Source of the DNA: Malacoraja senta | Taxonomy: Eukaryota | Assembly (NCBI GenBank): GCA_038087875.1 | Contig: CM075988.1 | Coordinates: forward strand, 3,472,001 to 3,536,000 | Direction: 5' to 3' | Length of the DNA stretch: 64,000 nucleotides | In this document: positions 35,230-47,419 of the stretch, piece after piece | How the letters are laid out: every line of letters starts with the position of its first letter | Numbering within the stretch: the first letter of the stretch is position 1 | Notes under the pieces: model-generated | Seen by the model: only the letters and a program-made list of their open reading frames with translations | Databases searched by the model: none | Told to the model about the DNA's origin: nothing | Position numbers and translations under genes: made by a program

Positions 35230-35960
35230 TATTCTTGCTACTGAGGGAGTGCAGCGTAGGTTTACAAGGTTAATTCCCAGGATGGTGGGACTGTCATATG
35301 CTGAGAGAATGGAGCGGCTGGGCTTGTATACTCTGGAATTTAGGATCAGAGGGGATCTTATTGAAACATATAAGATTATTAAAGTTTTGGACACGCTAGA
35401 GGCAGGAAACATGTTCCCGATGTTGGGGGAGTCCAGAACCAGGAGTCACAGTTTAAGAATAAGGGGTAAGCCATTTAGAACGGAGATGAGGAAACACTTT
35501 TTCACACAGAGAGTTGTGAGTTATCTGCCTCAAAGGGCGGTGGAGGCCAGTTCTCTGGATACTTTGACGAGAGAGCTAGATAGGGATCTTGAAAGTGGAA
35601 TCAGGGGATATGGGGAGAAGGCAGGGACGGGGTACTGATTGTGGATGATCAGCCATGATCACATTGAATGGCGGTGCTGGCTTGAAGGGCCGAATGGCCT
35701 ACTCCTGCACCAATAGACAATAGACAATAGACAATAGGTGCAGGAGTCTGCATTCCCTCAATAGCAAGAATGTCCTTCCTCAAATTAGGGGACCAAAACT
35801 GCACACAATACTTCAGGTGTGGTCTCACTAGGGTTCTGTACAACAGCAGAAGGACCTCTTTGCTCCTATATTCGATTCCTCTTGTTATAAAGGCCAACAT
35901 GCCATTCGCTTTTTTCACTGCCTGCTGTTTCTGCATGCTTACTTTCATAGACTGATGTAC
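35230..35960. mobile_element. Rearranged CR1 (+ strand 35230-35711, - strand 35749-35960)
   Basis: ORFs 35249..35638 (+) and 35649..35975 (-) are adjacent parts of CR1 ORF2. Confidence 0.85.
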
Positions 35961-36242
35961 AAGGACATTTTGCACTTTGGAAATTTTCTCTTTGCACTAA
36001 TGGTTGTATTTGTGTATGACCTCATTGTAATCATGTATAGTATGATTTGATTTGACTGGATAGCATTCAAACAAAAGCTTTTCACTGCACCTGGAAATAA
36101 TAAACACATAGCAATACCTGAACCTTTGTTTTGTGTGCAATGCAGGCACATCCTGTCACAAGTCATTACATCAAGTAAACAGATTGTAGAATATAGTGTT
36201 ACAGCTATAGCGAAATTCAATTGAAAAACCTGACATTCTGGT

Positions 36243-36541
36243 TCAGTTTAGTTTAGTTTAGTTTAGAGATACAGAGCGGAAAAAGGCCCTTCGGCCCACC
36301 GAGTCCATGTCGACCAGCGATCCCCATACATATTAACACAATAGGGACAAATTACAATTTTACCAAGCCAATTAGCCTACTAACCCGTGCATCTTTGGAG
36401 TGTGGGAGGAAACCGGAGATCCTGGAGAAAACCCACATGGTCACAGGGAAAACGTCCAAACTCCGTACAGACAGCACCTGTAGTCAGGATTGCACCGGGG
36501 TCTGTAGCATTGTGAGGAAGCAACTCTACCACTGTGCTGCT
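36243..36541 (-). mobile_element. V-SINE
   Basis: Family motifs. Confidence 0.85.
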
Positions 36542-36632
36542 CTCTAGTGTCGGGGGAAATGCAGATGCTGGTTTACACCAAAGCTCGACACTAAATGCTG
36601 GAGTAACTCCACATCTCTCGAGAAAAGGAATT

Positions 36633-36666
36633 GGTGACATTTCGGGTCGAGACCCTTCTTCAGACT
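36633..36666 (-). ncRNA. Minimal hammerhead-like motif in a Penelope pLTR fragment
   Basis: agt-CTGAAGA-aGGGTCtcGACCC-GAAA-tgTC-acc. Confidence 0.5.
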
Positions 36667-36927
36667 TCTGGATGAAAGAATAGATGGCCTGACACAGCTA
36701 AATGGTTGATCTTTTTGGAAATCCTTTGCTCCTCTTGCCCTGCATTCCATATCTTTATTCTGTATTCGAGATATTTTTCATTTTCTGAAGTCTCTCTTTG
36801 CCTTCACACTGCAAAGCCTCGGTGATAGTTTGAGTCTTCCTTGTAGACTCTCCCATCTTATATTCTTAGTATGACTTGCATTTAAGTGGGGTCCAATTTT
36901 CAGTGAAACGTTTCCTCTTTACCGCAG

Positions 36928-37080
36928 GGAACATTTCTGTGGCCGACAACAGGCTTCATTGCGATCAACGTGGCTCTGAACTATTGTGACGAGGTCGATG
37001 TTGCTGGCTTCGGTTATCCACTGAATGACAAGGACGGTCTGATCCATTATTATGATCAGCAGAAAATGACCATGATGGCT
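36928..37080 (+). CDS. st3gal4-like: Penultimate coding exon of a beta-galactoside alpha-2,3-sialyltransferase (GT29, ST3GAL4/6/9 group)
   Basis: Acceptor tttcctctttaccgcAG at 36926-27 and donor GTAAGT at 37081. The 153 nt, phase 0/0 exon translates GTFLWPTTGFIAINVALNYCDEVDVAGFGYPLNDKDGLIHYYDQQKMTMMA, which contains sialylmotif S (PTTG...A..CD.V..AGFGY) and motif III (HYYD). Confidence 0.93.
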
Positions 37081-38395
37081 GTAAGTATCAAATGGGAATA
37101 ATAATCCCTTTACTTCACATTCTCTCTTCAGTAATGAGTGTTCCTTTGCTGTAGTTACCGTCTCCACTTTAGCGGCATCAGTCACTCCCATGATGGTCTG
37201 AGCCTAATTACCTTTGTTGGCGAGGACCCATGCTTATCTGAGCCTGCATGAACCTGAGCAATTACAGTGGCCTTCTAGATGGTCCACGTATTCCAAGCCA
37301 ACACCTGATGATACATAGAAACATAGAAAATAGGTGCAGGGAGTAGACCATTCGGCTCTTCAAGCCAGCACCCCCATTCAATATGATCATGGCTGATCAT
37401 CTAAGTTCCTGCTTTCTCCCCATATCCCTTGATTCCGTTAGCCCAAACAACTATTGTTCTGAGTGGATGAGTTAATGCGTAAGGTGTAGATGCTGGTTTA
37501 CACCAAAGATAGACACAAAATGCTGGAGTAACTCTGCTGGACAGGCAGCATTTCTGGAGAGAAGGAATAGGTGACGTTTCGGGCTGAGACCCTTCATGAG
37601 ACTAAGAGTCAGGGAGGGGGACAGTTGAGGTATGCGATGGTACAGAAGAACGCTAACATCTGATGAGTTAATACTTGCTCTGAATTGCATGTTTCTATTG
37701 TCTAACGTCTAATGTCTAAAAGTAAAGTTAATAAACAGCCTCAAGAGGGGTCCCAACTTGAAAAGTCATCTATCCGGCTCTTCAGAGATGCTGCCTGACC
37801 CATTGACTTACTCCAGCACTTGATATATTTTTTTCGTAAGTTCCTTTATTCATTTGTTTCACTGATGGGGATATACCTGGTTATTCAAATCATGGCAGAT
37901 TCTCACTTTGGTTACATCCATTGTCTGCATAGGCTCTATGCAAGGTGAATTCAGCCAGATCATCGCCTTTGCAACAAAAATAAATGCTGGGAACACTCAG
38001 CAGGTCAGGCAGCACCTGCAGGGAGAGAATCAGAGCCAATATTCCAGGTCGTTGACCCTTTCTTACACCTTCAGTGTTTGGCTTGTTTCCTTTCAAACAC
38101 TTATCTAGCTCCCTCTTACTACTTCTCCAGTTGAAGCCATCTCCAGCCCTCGTCCACAACATGCTTGTTGCAGCCGAACCCCTCACTGGGTGGAAACCGT
38201 CATCCTCAACTTACTTCTGATTATTCTACTGATCACTGTGTTGCCCATTCTATATCACCCTTTGCCAAAGGCGTGATGTTCTCACTACCTGTTCTGTCCA
38301 AGCCCTTCACAATTTTACACATCTCGACTTTCTTGCAGTCTTTGTCCCTGCAAAACAGAACAACCCCAGCTTCACCCCACCAACCCCAGCAGGGA

Positions 38396-38707
38396 GGCAT
38401 GGTGGGACAGCAGTAGAGTTGCTGCCCCACAGCGCCAGGGACCCGGGTCCGATCCTGTCTACGGGCGCTGTCTGTACGGAGCTTGTATGTTCTCCCCATG
38501 ACCTGCGTGGGTTTTCTCCGAGATTTTCGGTTTCCTCCCACATTCCAAAGACATGCGGCTTTGTAGTTTAATTGGCTTGGTATGAATGTAAATTGTCCAT
38601 AGTGTGTGTAGGATAGCGATAGTGTGCGGGGATCGATGGTCGGCGCGGACTCGGTGGGCCGATGGGCGTGCTTCTGCGCTGTATCTCCAAACTATACTAG
38701 ACTAGAC
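38396..38707 (+). mobile_element. V-SINE
   Basis: Family motifs. Confidence 0.85.
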
Positions 38708-39639
38708 TAGCCTGCTGAAACAATCCAAGTTTTATTATTTTCATTATTTCGAAACATCCCTTTAACATACTTTTCATGTTTATTTGTGGACAAAATGTTT
38801 TGGATACACTTGATGTTTCCCAAAACATGCCCGTCCATTCCTTCCCCAAATGCTGCCTGACCCACCAAGTTCCTCCAGTACTTTGTCATTTGCTCGAGAT
38901 TCCAAGCATCTGCACTTCCTTGTGTCTCCAAGTCATCTACTTCTGGTAAATCTTCTTCGTTATTCCTATAATGAGGTGGTGTGCAGAACTGGACCCTGTC
39001 GTCCATTTGCAATTGAACTAGTTCTCTAAAATTCATTGTGATTTTTTTAAATTGTACTTTGAACCATGTTGATAAAGAGGAAGGATTCCATCCTGAAACA
39101 CTGCCTATCCATGTTCTCCAGAGGTGCTTCCTGACCCGCTGAGTTACTCCACCACTTTGTGTCCTTGTCCTTAAGAAATCCTTTTTGACGCTCTCTTATC
39201 AATACCTACCCAACCGACTTATAATTCCATCCCTAACTAGTGTTTACAGAAACAAAGTACTGCAGATGCTGTTTATACCTTAGATAAGACACAAAGTGTT
39301 TGAGTAACTTGGCGGTTCTGGCAGCATTTCTGGACGAAAAGGATAGTTGATGTTTTGGATCGGGACCCTTCTTCAGAATGAAAGTAGGGGGTGGGGTGTG
39401 GGGGGGGGGGGGGTGCAGAGTTGGAGGCAAGAAACAGATGTTTCCCCACCATTAAGGTTAAATTGATCTATGGAATCTATAAATGTTTGAAAGATTTTGT
39501 CTAAGTCCTTTGAAATGCATTCCCTTATACTGAGTCTCGAGGATGGTGATGCCTCTCAGATGCCAAGGTCTAGGATATCTTGGTTGAAGTGGCTGCAGAA
39601 CATTCTCAAGGGGGGAGCAATCAGCAATGATTAATTTAA

Positions 39640-41091
39640 ACTAGGCCAAGTGGGACACACACTAACCACTCCCCCACACACACAAAATCCCCCTTGATAT
39701 TATATTAATATTATTAATTCGCTTCTTTTCCTTCTTCCCCCGCCCTATCCACTCACGCATAGCCCCAACTGCGCAGGCATGGCTAGAAAGGGAGAGGGGC
39801 AGAGAGCGAGGGGGGTTAGAGAGGGAGGAGGGGCAGAGAGGGAGGGGGCAGAGAGGGAGGGGGGCAGAGAGGGAGGGGGACAGAGAGGGAGGGGGCAGAG
39901 AGGGAGGGGGGCAGAGAGGGAGGGGGTAGAGAGGGAGGGGTTAGAGAGGGAGTGCGGGTAGAGAGCGAGGGGTGGGGGGTAGAGGGGTAGAGAGGGAGGG
40001 GAGGGGGCAGAGAGGGAGGGGGTAGAGAGGTAAAGGGTAGAGAGGGAGGGGAGTAGAGATGGAAGGGGAGGTGGTAGAGAGGGAGGGGCAGCGTGGGGGG
40101 GGAGGGTGTGGGGGGTATGAATAACCTGGGGGGGGCGGGGGGGAGGATGCGGGGGGTATGAAAAAGCCTGGGGGGGAGGGATGGTGAATAACCCTGGGGT
40201 TGTTTGCTGCCTTTTGAGCTGGGGTTGCCGATTCTTGTCTGCACTGGCAGTGGCGTGGTGAAGAAGCGCAAGCCCAGACCAACCGACAGACCTCACCATT
40301 TCTGTCTCGATGCCTCCTTGATGGCCGCGTAAAATCCCAGCTGGGGTGTCACGGCAGCGGGAGGGGGAGCGTGCGAGGGGGGGGCGGTGCGGGGTGGGGG
40401 TGTGTGGTCGGTGCGGGAGGGTGCGGGGGGGGGGTGCAGGGGGGTGTGAATAACCCAGGGGGTGTTGACTGCCATTTTGAGCTGGAGTTGCCAATTCTTC
40501 TGGGTGCTGGCTGTATGGACAAGAAGCGTCAACCCCATCTTAAACTCAGCAGCACCTACCCAGGGCGTAGAGCAGCGCCAGGGCCTGGAACTCGACCTGG
40601 TACTCGTACTCATCCTGGCTGTAGACTGCAGCCGCAGTTCGGCCGGCGAAGTTTCCAGTCCAGGGCACAAATTCATCTCTGGGCAGTGCGGGAGTGTGAG
40701 TAACCCGGGGGAGGGGGATTGTGAATAACCCGGGGAGGGTGGGAGGGGGGGGGGGAGGGGCCGGGGGTTGACATCACTCGAAGCACGTGGAAGGTTCTGT
40801 GTGTGAGATGGCTCAGAGCCGAGCCATAGTGAGTCATCAGTGAAAGCTGGTCGTTTTTAAATTCAAAGTCTATTGATGTTTTTAAACATTAATCAGTAAT
40901 GTCGAGAGATAAAGCATAAAATGTTCTGTGAAGGTGATATCTACCTAGAGGGGGAAATGTGAATCAGAATATGTAAAAATGCCTTCGTTACCGCGTAGAG
41001 TTTTGGTGAAGATGAAAAGACAACCACATATACACACACATATGCACACATACAAGATCAGAGTTTTAATAAGTACTAGACCAAGTGGGAC
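39640..41091 (+). mobile_element. Helentron/HINE-like non-autonomous element (tentative)
   Basis: ACTAG(G/A)CCAAGTGGGAC at both 39640-56 and 41075-91; subterminal (ACAT/AC)n microsatellite then GAGTTTTAATAAGT; G-rich repetitive interior. Confidence 0.5.
39790..40090. repeat. ~15-bp (GAGGGAGGGGGCAGA)n minisatellite
   Basis: Directly visible. Confidence 0.85.
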
Positions 41092-41383
41092 CTGTTGTTT
41101 ATTTTTTTTAAAATATCATTCATCCTACAATTTCCTGTGTATAAAGCCAGTTTAGATCTTTATCTCACAAATTTTATGAGCACACCTCGGTATAACAACT
41201 GATTATTTTGGAATATACAATGATGTATTTCATAAGAACATCTGATTTTATGGTCCATCACCACTGATAGCCCTTAAACGTTTCATTACAAGAGTAAATC
41301 ACCAACACTTTTCCTTGAAGTGATTGGTTTCACAGCAACTGAATATGTACTAGTAATTTTAAGGTATTTATGTTGCTATCTTA

Positions 41384-41695
41384 AGCCCCTGTCCCACTTT
41401 CACGAGTTACTCACGAATTCTCCCGAGTTTTCCCCAAGATTCAAACTCGGAGAATGTTCGTAGCGGGTCTGTAGTGAGTCCGTAGGAGGCCGTAGGAGTC
41501 CGTAGATATTCGTAGCGGCTCGTAATGCCAGCCGTAGGTACTCGGGGCATTTTTTCAGCATGTTGCAAAATGTCCACGAGTAAAAAAAATAGCCCCGAGT
41601 ACCTACGCCTGGCTATTACCGTAATTCTCCGGGTTTGAATCAAGAGGAAAACTCGGGAGAATTCGTGAGTAACTCGGGAAAGTGGGACAGGCCCT
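41384..41695. mobile_element. PIF/Harbinger MITE
   Basis: Long TIRs (...CCTGTCCCACTTTCACGAGTTACTCACGAATTCTCCCGAGTTTTCC and its complement); TSD TTA at 41381-83 and 41696-98. Confidence 0.9.
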
Positions 41696-42199
41696 TTAGT
41701 TAGCTGAAAGGCATGTTGAAGTTAGTGTTCAGATAACAAGGGCGGATTGATGGAAAACAGAGGCAAATCAGTTCATTTTCAGTTCTGTTTAGTTTATTGT
41801 CACATTCACCGAGGTACAGTGAAAAGCTTTTGTTGCGAGCTAACCAGTCAACGAAAATACAATACATGATTACAATCGAGCCGTTTACAGTATATAGATA
41901 CATGATAAGGGAATAAGTTAAAGCCAGCAAAGTCCGATCAAGGATAGCCCGAGGGTCAACCAATGAGGTAGATAGAAGTTCAGCACTGCTCTCTGGGTGT
42001 GGTGGAATGATTCAGTTGCGTGATAACAACTCTTAACATGAGTGCTCATAGCCTGGATTGGTTTTATTGGATGTTGCTGTATTGTGGAGATTATTTGGTG
42101 CTTGCCGCCTATCCTAAAGACCCATTCAAGATCCACTTACCTATTGGGGGTCCTGTAGAACTGCTCATGCTTTCCTTCAAGTATACATACTGTATAACA

Positions 42200-43050
42200 T
42201 AGATCAATATAGCATGAGACCAGGTCCTTCGGCCCACAATGTCTGTGCTGAACATGATGCCAAGAACTGCACCTAATCCAGATCCCTCAATTCCATACAT
42301 ATCCATATGCCTATCCTAAAGTCTTTTAAATGCCGTTAATGCATCTTCTTCAACCACCATCCCCGGCAGCACGTTCCAGCTACTGCCCTCTGTATAAAAA
42401 ACTTGCTCCGTGCATTTCCTTAAAACTTTGCCCCTCTCACCTGAAGGCTGTGCCCTTTGATTTTTCCATCCTTGGAAGAAGATTCTAACAGTCTACCCCA
42501 TCAATGTCTCTCAGAATGTTACATACTTTTATCATAGAAGCAACCTCTGACGTTCCAGAGAACACAATCCAAATCTGTCTAAGTCTCCATGTAGCTAATA
42601 CCCACTAATCTAGACAACATTCTGGTTAACATCCTCTATGCTTTTGCTAAGGCCTCCACATCCTTCCTGTAATTCTTAAGGGGTTGGACAGGCTAGATGC
42701 AGGAAGATTGTTCCCGGATGTTGGGGAAGTCCAGGACAAGGGGTCACAAGTTTAAGGATAAAGGGGAAATCTTTTAGGACCGAGATGAGAAAAACATTTT
42801 TCACACAGAGAGTGGTGAATCTCTGGAATTCTCTGCAACAAAAGGTAGTTGAGGCCAGTTCATTGACTATATTTAAGAGGGAGTTAGATGTGGCCCTTGT
42901 GGCTAAAGGGATCAGGGGGTATGGAGAGAAGGCAGGTACAGGATACAGAGTTGGATGATCAGCCATGATCATATTGAATGGCAGTGCAGGCTCGAAGGGC
43001 CGAATGGCCTGCTCCTGCACCTATTTTCTATGTTTCTATGTTTCTATGTA
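42200..43050. mobile_element. Two CR1 3' fragments (- ~42200-42670, + ~42675-43050)
   Basis: CR1 3' UTR motifs and a (TTTCTATG)n tail. Confidence 0.8.
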
Positions 43051-43400
43051 ATGGGGCTACCAGAATTACAAATGGTGGACCCAAATGAGGCCAAACAAAA
43101 ATCATCTTTATTATATCTAATTACTTGTGAAATATTAACATTTTTCAAATTCCAGAGTCAATGTAAAAAGATTATGTCAGCATGTGAATTATATGAGATA
43201 GATGTGCTATGGTTTTCAGACATTCTGGAGGAGATAGGGCTTTGTCGCTGGTTGAAGTAATTGCCCAGTGAGTGTCCCTGCTGTCAACAGAACTTCCCTC
43301 TAACTAGTGAGGAGACAACACACTGCAAGATGTTTCCTGGTCAAAGATGGTTGCAGGTTGCACCATTGACCATCAATCTACATGGGTGTTGCATGAATTG

Positions 43401-43962
43401 TTTAGTTTAGTTTAGTTTAGAGATACAGTGCGGAAACAGGCCCTTATGCCTCACCGGGTGTGTATCACCACGTACACTAGCACCATCCTACACACGAGGG
43501 ACAATTTACAACTTTTACCATAGCCAATCAACCTACAAAACCTGGAAGAGACACAAAAAGCTGGAGTCACTCAGTGGGTCAGACAGCATCTCTGGAGAGA
43601 AGGTGAAAGGTGCGAAGGAGGAAAGAGATTAAGTGACGTTTCGGGTCGAGTCCTTCCAACTGAGCCAGTCTGAAAAAGGACTTGAAAGGTCACCCATTCC
43701 TTCTCTACAGAGATGCTACCCGACCCGCTGAGTTACTCCAGCATTTTGTGTCTCTTTTCAGATTAAACTAGCATCTGCAGTTCCTTCCTACACAACTTAC
43801 AAACCTGTACGTCTTTGGAGTGTGGGAGGAAACCAGAGCACCTGGAGAAGACCCTCACAGTGAAAACGTACAAACTCCACACAGACAGCACCCATGGTCG
43901 GAATCGAACCCGGGTCCCCGCTGTGGTGAGGCAGCAACTCTACCGCTGCGCCACTGTGTTGC
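43401..43962 (-). mobile_element. V-SINE interrupted by a Penelope fold-back unit (43545-43793)
   Basis: Imperfect TSD aacctacaaaacctg / aacttacaaacctg. Confidence 0.8.
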
Positions 43963-44539
43963 CTAGTGAGCTCATTCGATGCGTATCTGGTGCATTCTAG
44001 GTTCATGGAACTGTAATGCATAGAGGCAGGCCCTTTCTACCTCCCTTGTCTATGCCAACTATGATCTTTATCTACACTATTTGCCCACATTAGGTCCGTA
44101 TCCCTCCATGTCTTTCCCATCCAAGTACCTGTCTGCTCGCCTTGCAGCCATTATAATTGTAGCTTCCCCCACCGCCTCCTCTGGCAGCTTGTTCCAGTAC
44201 CACCACTCTCTGGGTGAAAAACTCCACAGACTCTGGATGTTTAGATGTAGGTTTATTATTGTCCTGTTTACCAGGCTTGTTTCGCAAGCTATCCAAACAG
44301 ATCAGATAATATTATACGGAAATGCAGGTCATGCACTGTCCTGCCCACTCCCCCACCCTCACCTCTTCCCATCCCCCTGACTCTCAGTCTGAAGAAGGAT
44401 CCTGGCCTGAAACATCACCCATCCATGTTCTCCAGGGATGCTGCCTGACTGCTAAGTTACTCCCGAATTTTGTATCTTTCTGTGATAGAATTAAGTCAAA
44501 CTCAAGTACAATAGGTGGAACGAAGGGGAAGGTACAAAA

Positions 44540-44840
44540 GGGCGGCACGGTGGCGCAGCGGTAGAGTTGCTGCCTCACAGCGCCGGAGACCCCAGTTTGA
44601 TCCTGACTGCAGCTGCTGTCTGTATGGAGTTTGTACGTTGTCCCTGTGACCACGTTGGTTTCCTCTGGGTGCTCCGGTTTCCCCCAACACTACAAAGACA
44701 TACATGTTTGTAGGTTAATTGGCTTCGGTAAAACTGTAAATTGTCCCAGTGTGTAGGATGGTGTTAGTGGATGGGGTGAGCGTTGGTCAGCGCGGACTCA
44801 GTGGGCCGAAGGGTACTGTTCGTGCGACCCATCTCTAAAT
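44540..44840 (+). mobile_element. V-SINE
   Basis: Family motifs. Confidence 0.85.
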
Positions 44841-45036
44841 ACGAAATACAGAGTGCAGTATATAATTCCTAGCATTGGAGCGCAGCATTTCAAAAGACAA
44901 AGTCCAATGTCCACAATGGGGTAGAGGTGAATTGGACAGTGCCCTTAGGGGAGAACCGTTTTAATGTCTGTTAACAGTTTGCTGTGTGAAGTTGCAAACA
45001 ACACTGAATCATTCTGATTACTTGGTTGTTTTTCAG

Positions 45037-45117
45037 ATCACTGTGCACAATGTTACCCAAGAACACGTGTACTTGAAGAAGCTGCAGAGCACTGGGATCA
45101 TAAGATATCTCACATAA
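45037..45117 (+). CDS. st3gal4-like: Terminal coding exon of the same ST3GAL4-like gene
   Basis: Acceptor ttgtttttcAG at 45035-36. Translates ITVHNVTQEHVYLKKLQSTGIIRYLT*, with sialylmotif VS (HxxxxE). It is in frame with the previous exon, and the junction matches the ...MA|xxxHNV exon boundary I recall for ST3GAL4. Confidence 0.9.
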   Translation: MTVHNVTQEHVYLKKLQSTGIIRYLT

Positions 45118-46121
45118 CCTCATGGAGGATTTGTACATTTCTGGCATGATAGGGTTCGAACAAACATGCCATCAACTTGGATTTGACTTGAATTTGATGC
45201 TGCCTCATCAACACTCTGAGATTTTTACCCCTGTACACAACTCTCTCGTATGCCCTAGTCAGCCCACCTTGGTTCATCTTTGGCAGTGGGGTGGACCATA
45301 CCCAATGCCACCCTCTCTTGCTCCAAATGGGGCATTGTAAAGGAGTGGTAGTGGAAGGAGAGTTGGTACCAATGTTAATGGTCCCGCTGGGAGCTCTGGT
45401 GATGGTGTTCCGACTATCGTGCTTTGGGGCAAACCTAGACAATGCCCCCGTAAATATGCAGCTTTAATAGGATTCATTGCACTTACACGGTGGAATCCCA
45501 GTGCTGACTGAACATATTTGCAAGGCACATTATAGGCAAAAGGTGTAATGGACTAAGAGAGGTGAATGGACTGGAAAATGGGCAGAGGGTGGTAATGACT
45601 GTAAGGAGTCCAAAATATAAAAGGATTGATATTCAGACATAATAGGTGAAGGGAGAAGGTTCTTCTATTTCCTAGTTGGTCTATCTCCTCTTGATTTTAC
45701 CTTCAAAAGCTTGGCAGGTATTTTATTTTGCTGATGTTGGGTTGGGTGTTGGGTCTTATAGTAGTGTTGGGCATTTTATCAGGTCTGGGGACCCTTGTAT
45801 TCTTAGACAGACATTGAGAAAATTTTAAACAAGAGGAATAGAATTCCTCTGGGTGGTCTGGGCTTCCTCCAACATTCAAAAGATAAGTGGGTTTGTGGAC
45901 ATTTGTAAAATTGTAAGCAATTAATGCTAAAGTTGGATAACATAGAACTAGTGTAAACGGTTGATCGTTGGTCAGCATGAACTCGGTGGGCCGAAGGGCC
46001 TGTTTCCGTGCTGTATCTCTAAACTAAATGAAACTAACCTAAACTAAACTAAACTAAAATAAACTATGAGTTTTCTCAGAAATGAAACCTGAAAATACCA
46101 AGAGGAAAATATTTTGAGTAT

Positions 46122-46407
46122 AGTTTTAGTTTAGAGATACAGTGTGGAAACAGGCTCTTTGGCCCACCAAGTCTGCACTGACCAATAATCACCCATACAC
46201 TAGTTTTATCAGACACCCTGGGAACAATTTACAGAAGCCAATTGACCTACAAACCTGCACGTCTTTGGGGTGTTGGAGGAAACCAGAGCACCCGGAGAAA
46301 ACCCACGCGGTCACAGGGAGAACGTACAAACTCAGTACAGACAGCAACCGTAGTCAGGATGGAACCCGGGTCTCTGGTGCTGTGAGGCAGCAGCTCTACC
46401 ACTGCAC
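46122..46407 (-). mobile_element. V-SINE (a partial + strand copy lies at ~45850-46065)
   Basis: Family motifs. Confidence 0.8.
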
Positions 46408-46859
46408 ACAGGAATATGTGTGCCATGGAAGCCAGTTTTACAAAGAGAAGAGACAATTTAAAAGAAACAATTGGGCATCAATCACGATCATACTACTGAG
46501 GCAGAAATGGGGTGAAATAGCCAACGTGTGAAGGAGAGGAGTGGATACTACACAGACACACTCCAAAGAACAGAAGCCCAATCAAATGTCCATTAACCAA
46601 GATGAAGTAATCTCTCAGACTTCCAGGAGCCCAAAGGTGAGCAGGCTCTCTTAGACGGGGCAAGAAGGCACAGATTACAAGGAAGAACTCGCTGGAAAGG
46701 GTGACACTGGGAGCTCAGTGCAAGATTTGGAGAACGTCTGAACTTCTACCTTTCACTTCGACGGTGCTCAAGGTGTTAGGAAAATATTAGCAAGGAGATG
46801 TGATCTCTTCACATGCATTTTGTGTGCATCAATTGGGATAAAATTTATCTGGGTTAGGT

Positions 46860-47335
46860 TCATAAATTCATAAATGATAGGAGCAGAATTAAGCTATTCA
46901 GCTCATCACGTCTTCTCTGCCATGGCTGATCTATCTCTCCCTCCTAACCTCATTATCCTGCCTTCTCCCCATAACCCCTGCTTTGGAATTCCCCTTCATC
47001 CTATTTATCAAGGACATATCCTGGCCCCTTTCAGCTCTCTCAATTCCCTGTTTAAGTTCTTCCTATTTTCTCACCCTACTTTTTCCTGCCTTCTCCCCAT
47101 AACCCCTGACACTCGCACTAATCAAGAATCTATTTACCTCTGCCTTAAAAATACCCATTGACTTGCCTCCACACCCTTCTGTGGCAATGAATTCCACAGA
47201 TTCACCACCTGTTGACGAAATAAATATATCCTCATCTCCTTCCTAAAGGAACATCCTTTCATTATGAGGCTATGATCTCTGATCCTGACCTCTTCCACTA
47301 GTGGAGGCATCCTCTCCACATCCACTCTACCAGGC
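46860..47335 (-). mobile_element. CR1 3' fragment
   Basis: RVDVERMPPLV...VVNLWNSLPQK. Confidence 0.8.
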
Positions 47336-47419
47336 AAGGTTCTGAACCACTCATGGAGATGGGCTGGGTTTTCGTGTGTCAATAATGTTAGCACGACTGG
47401 GATTTTTTTCAGGGATCAG

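Noticed and set aside
39745..40494. 249-aa Pro-rich ORF and overlapping ORFs
   Set aside because: Open only because the C-rich strand of the minisatellite lacks stop codons.
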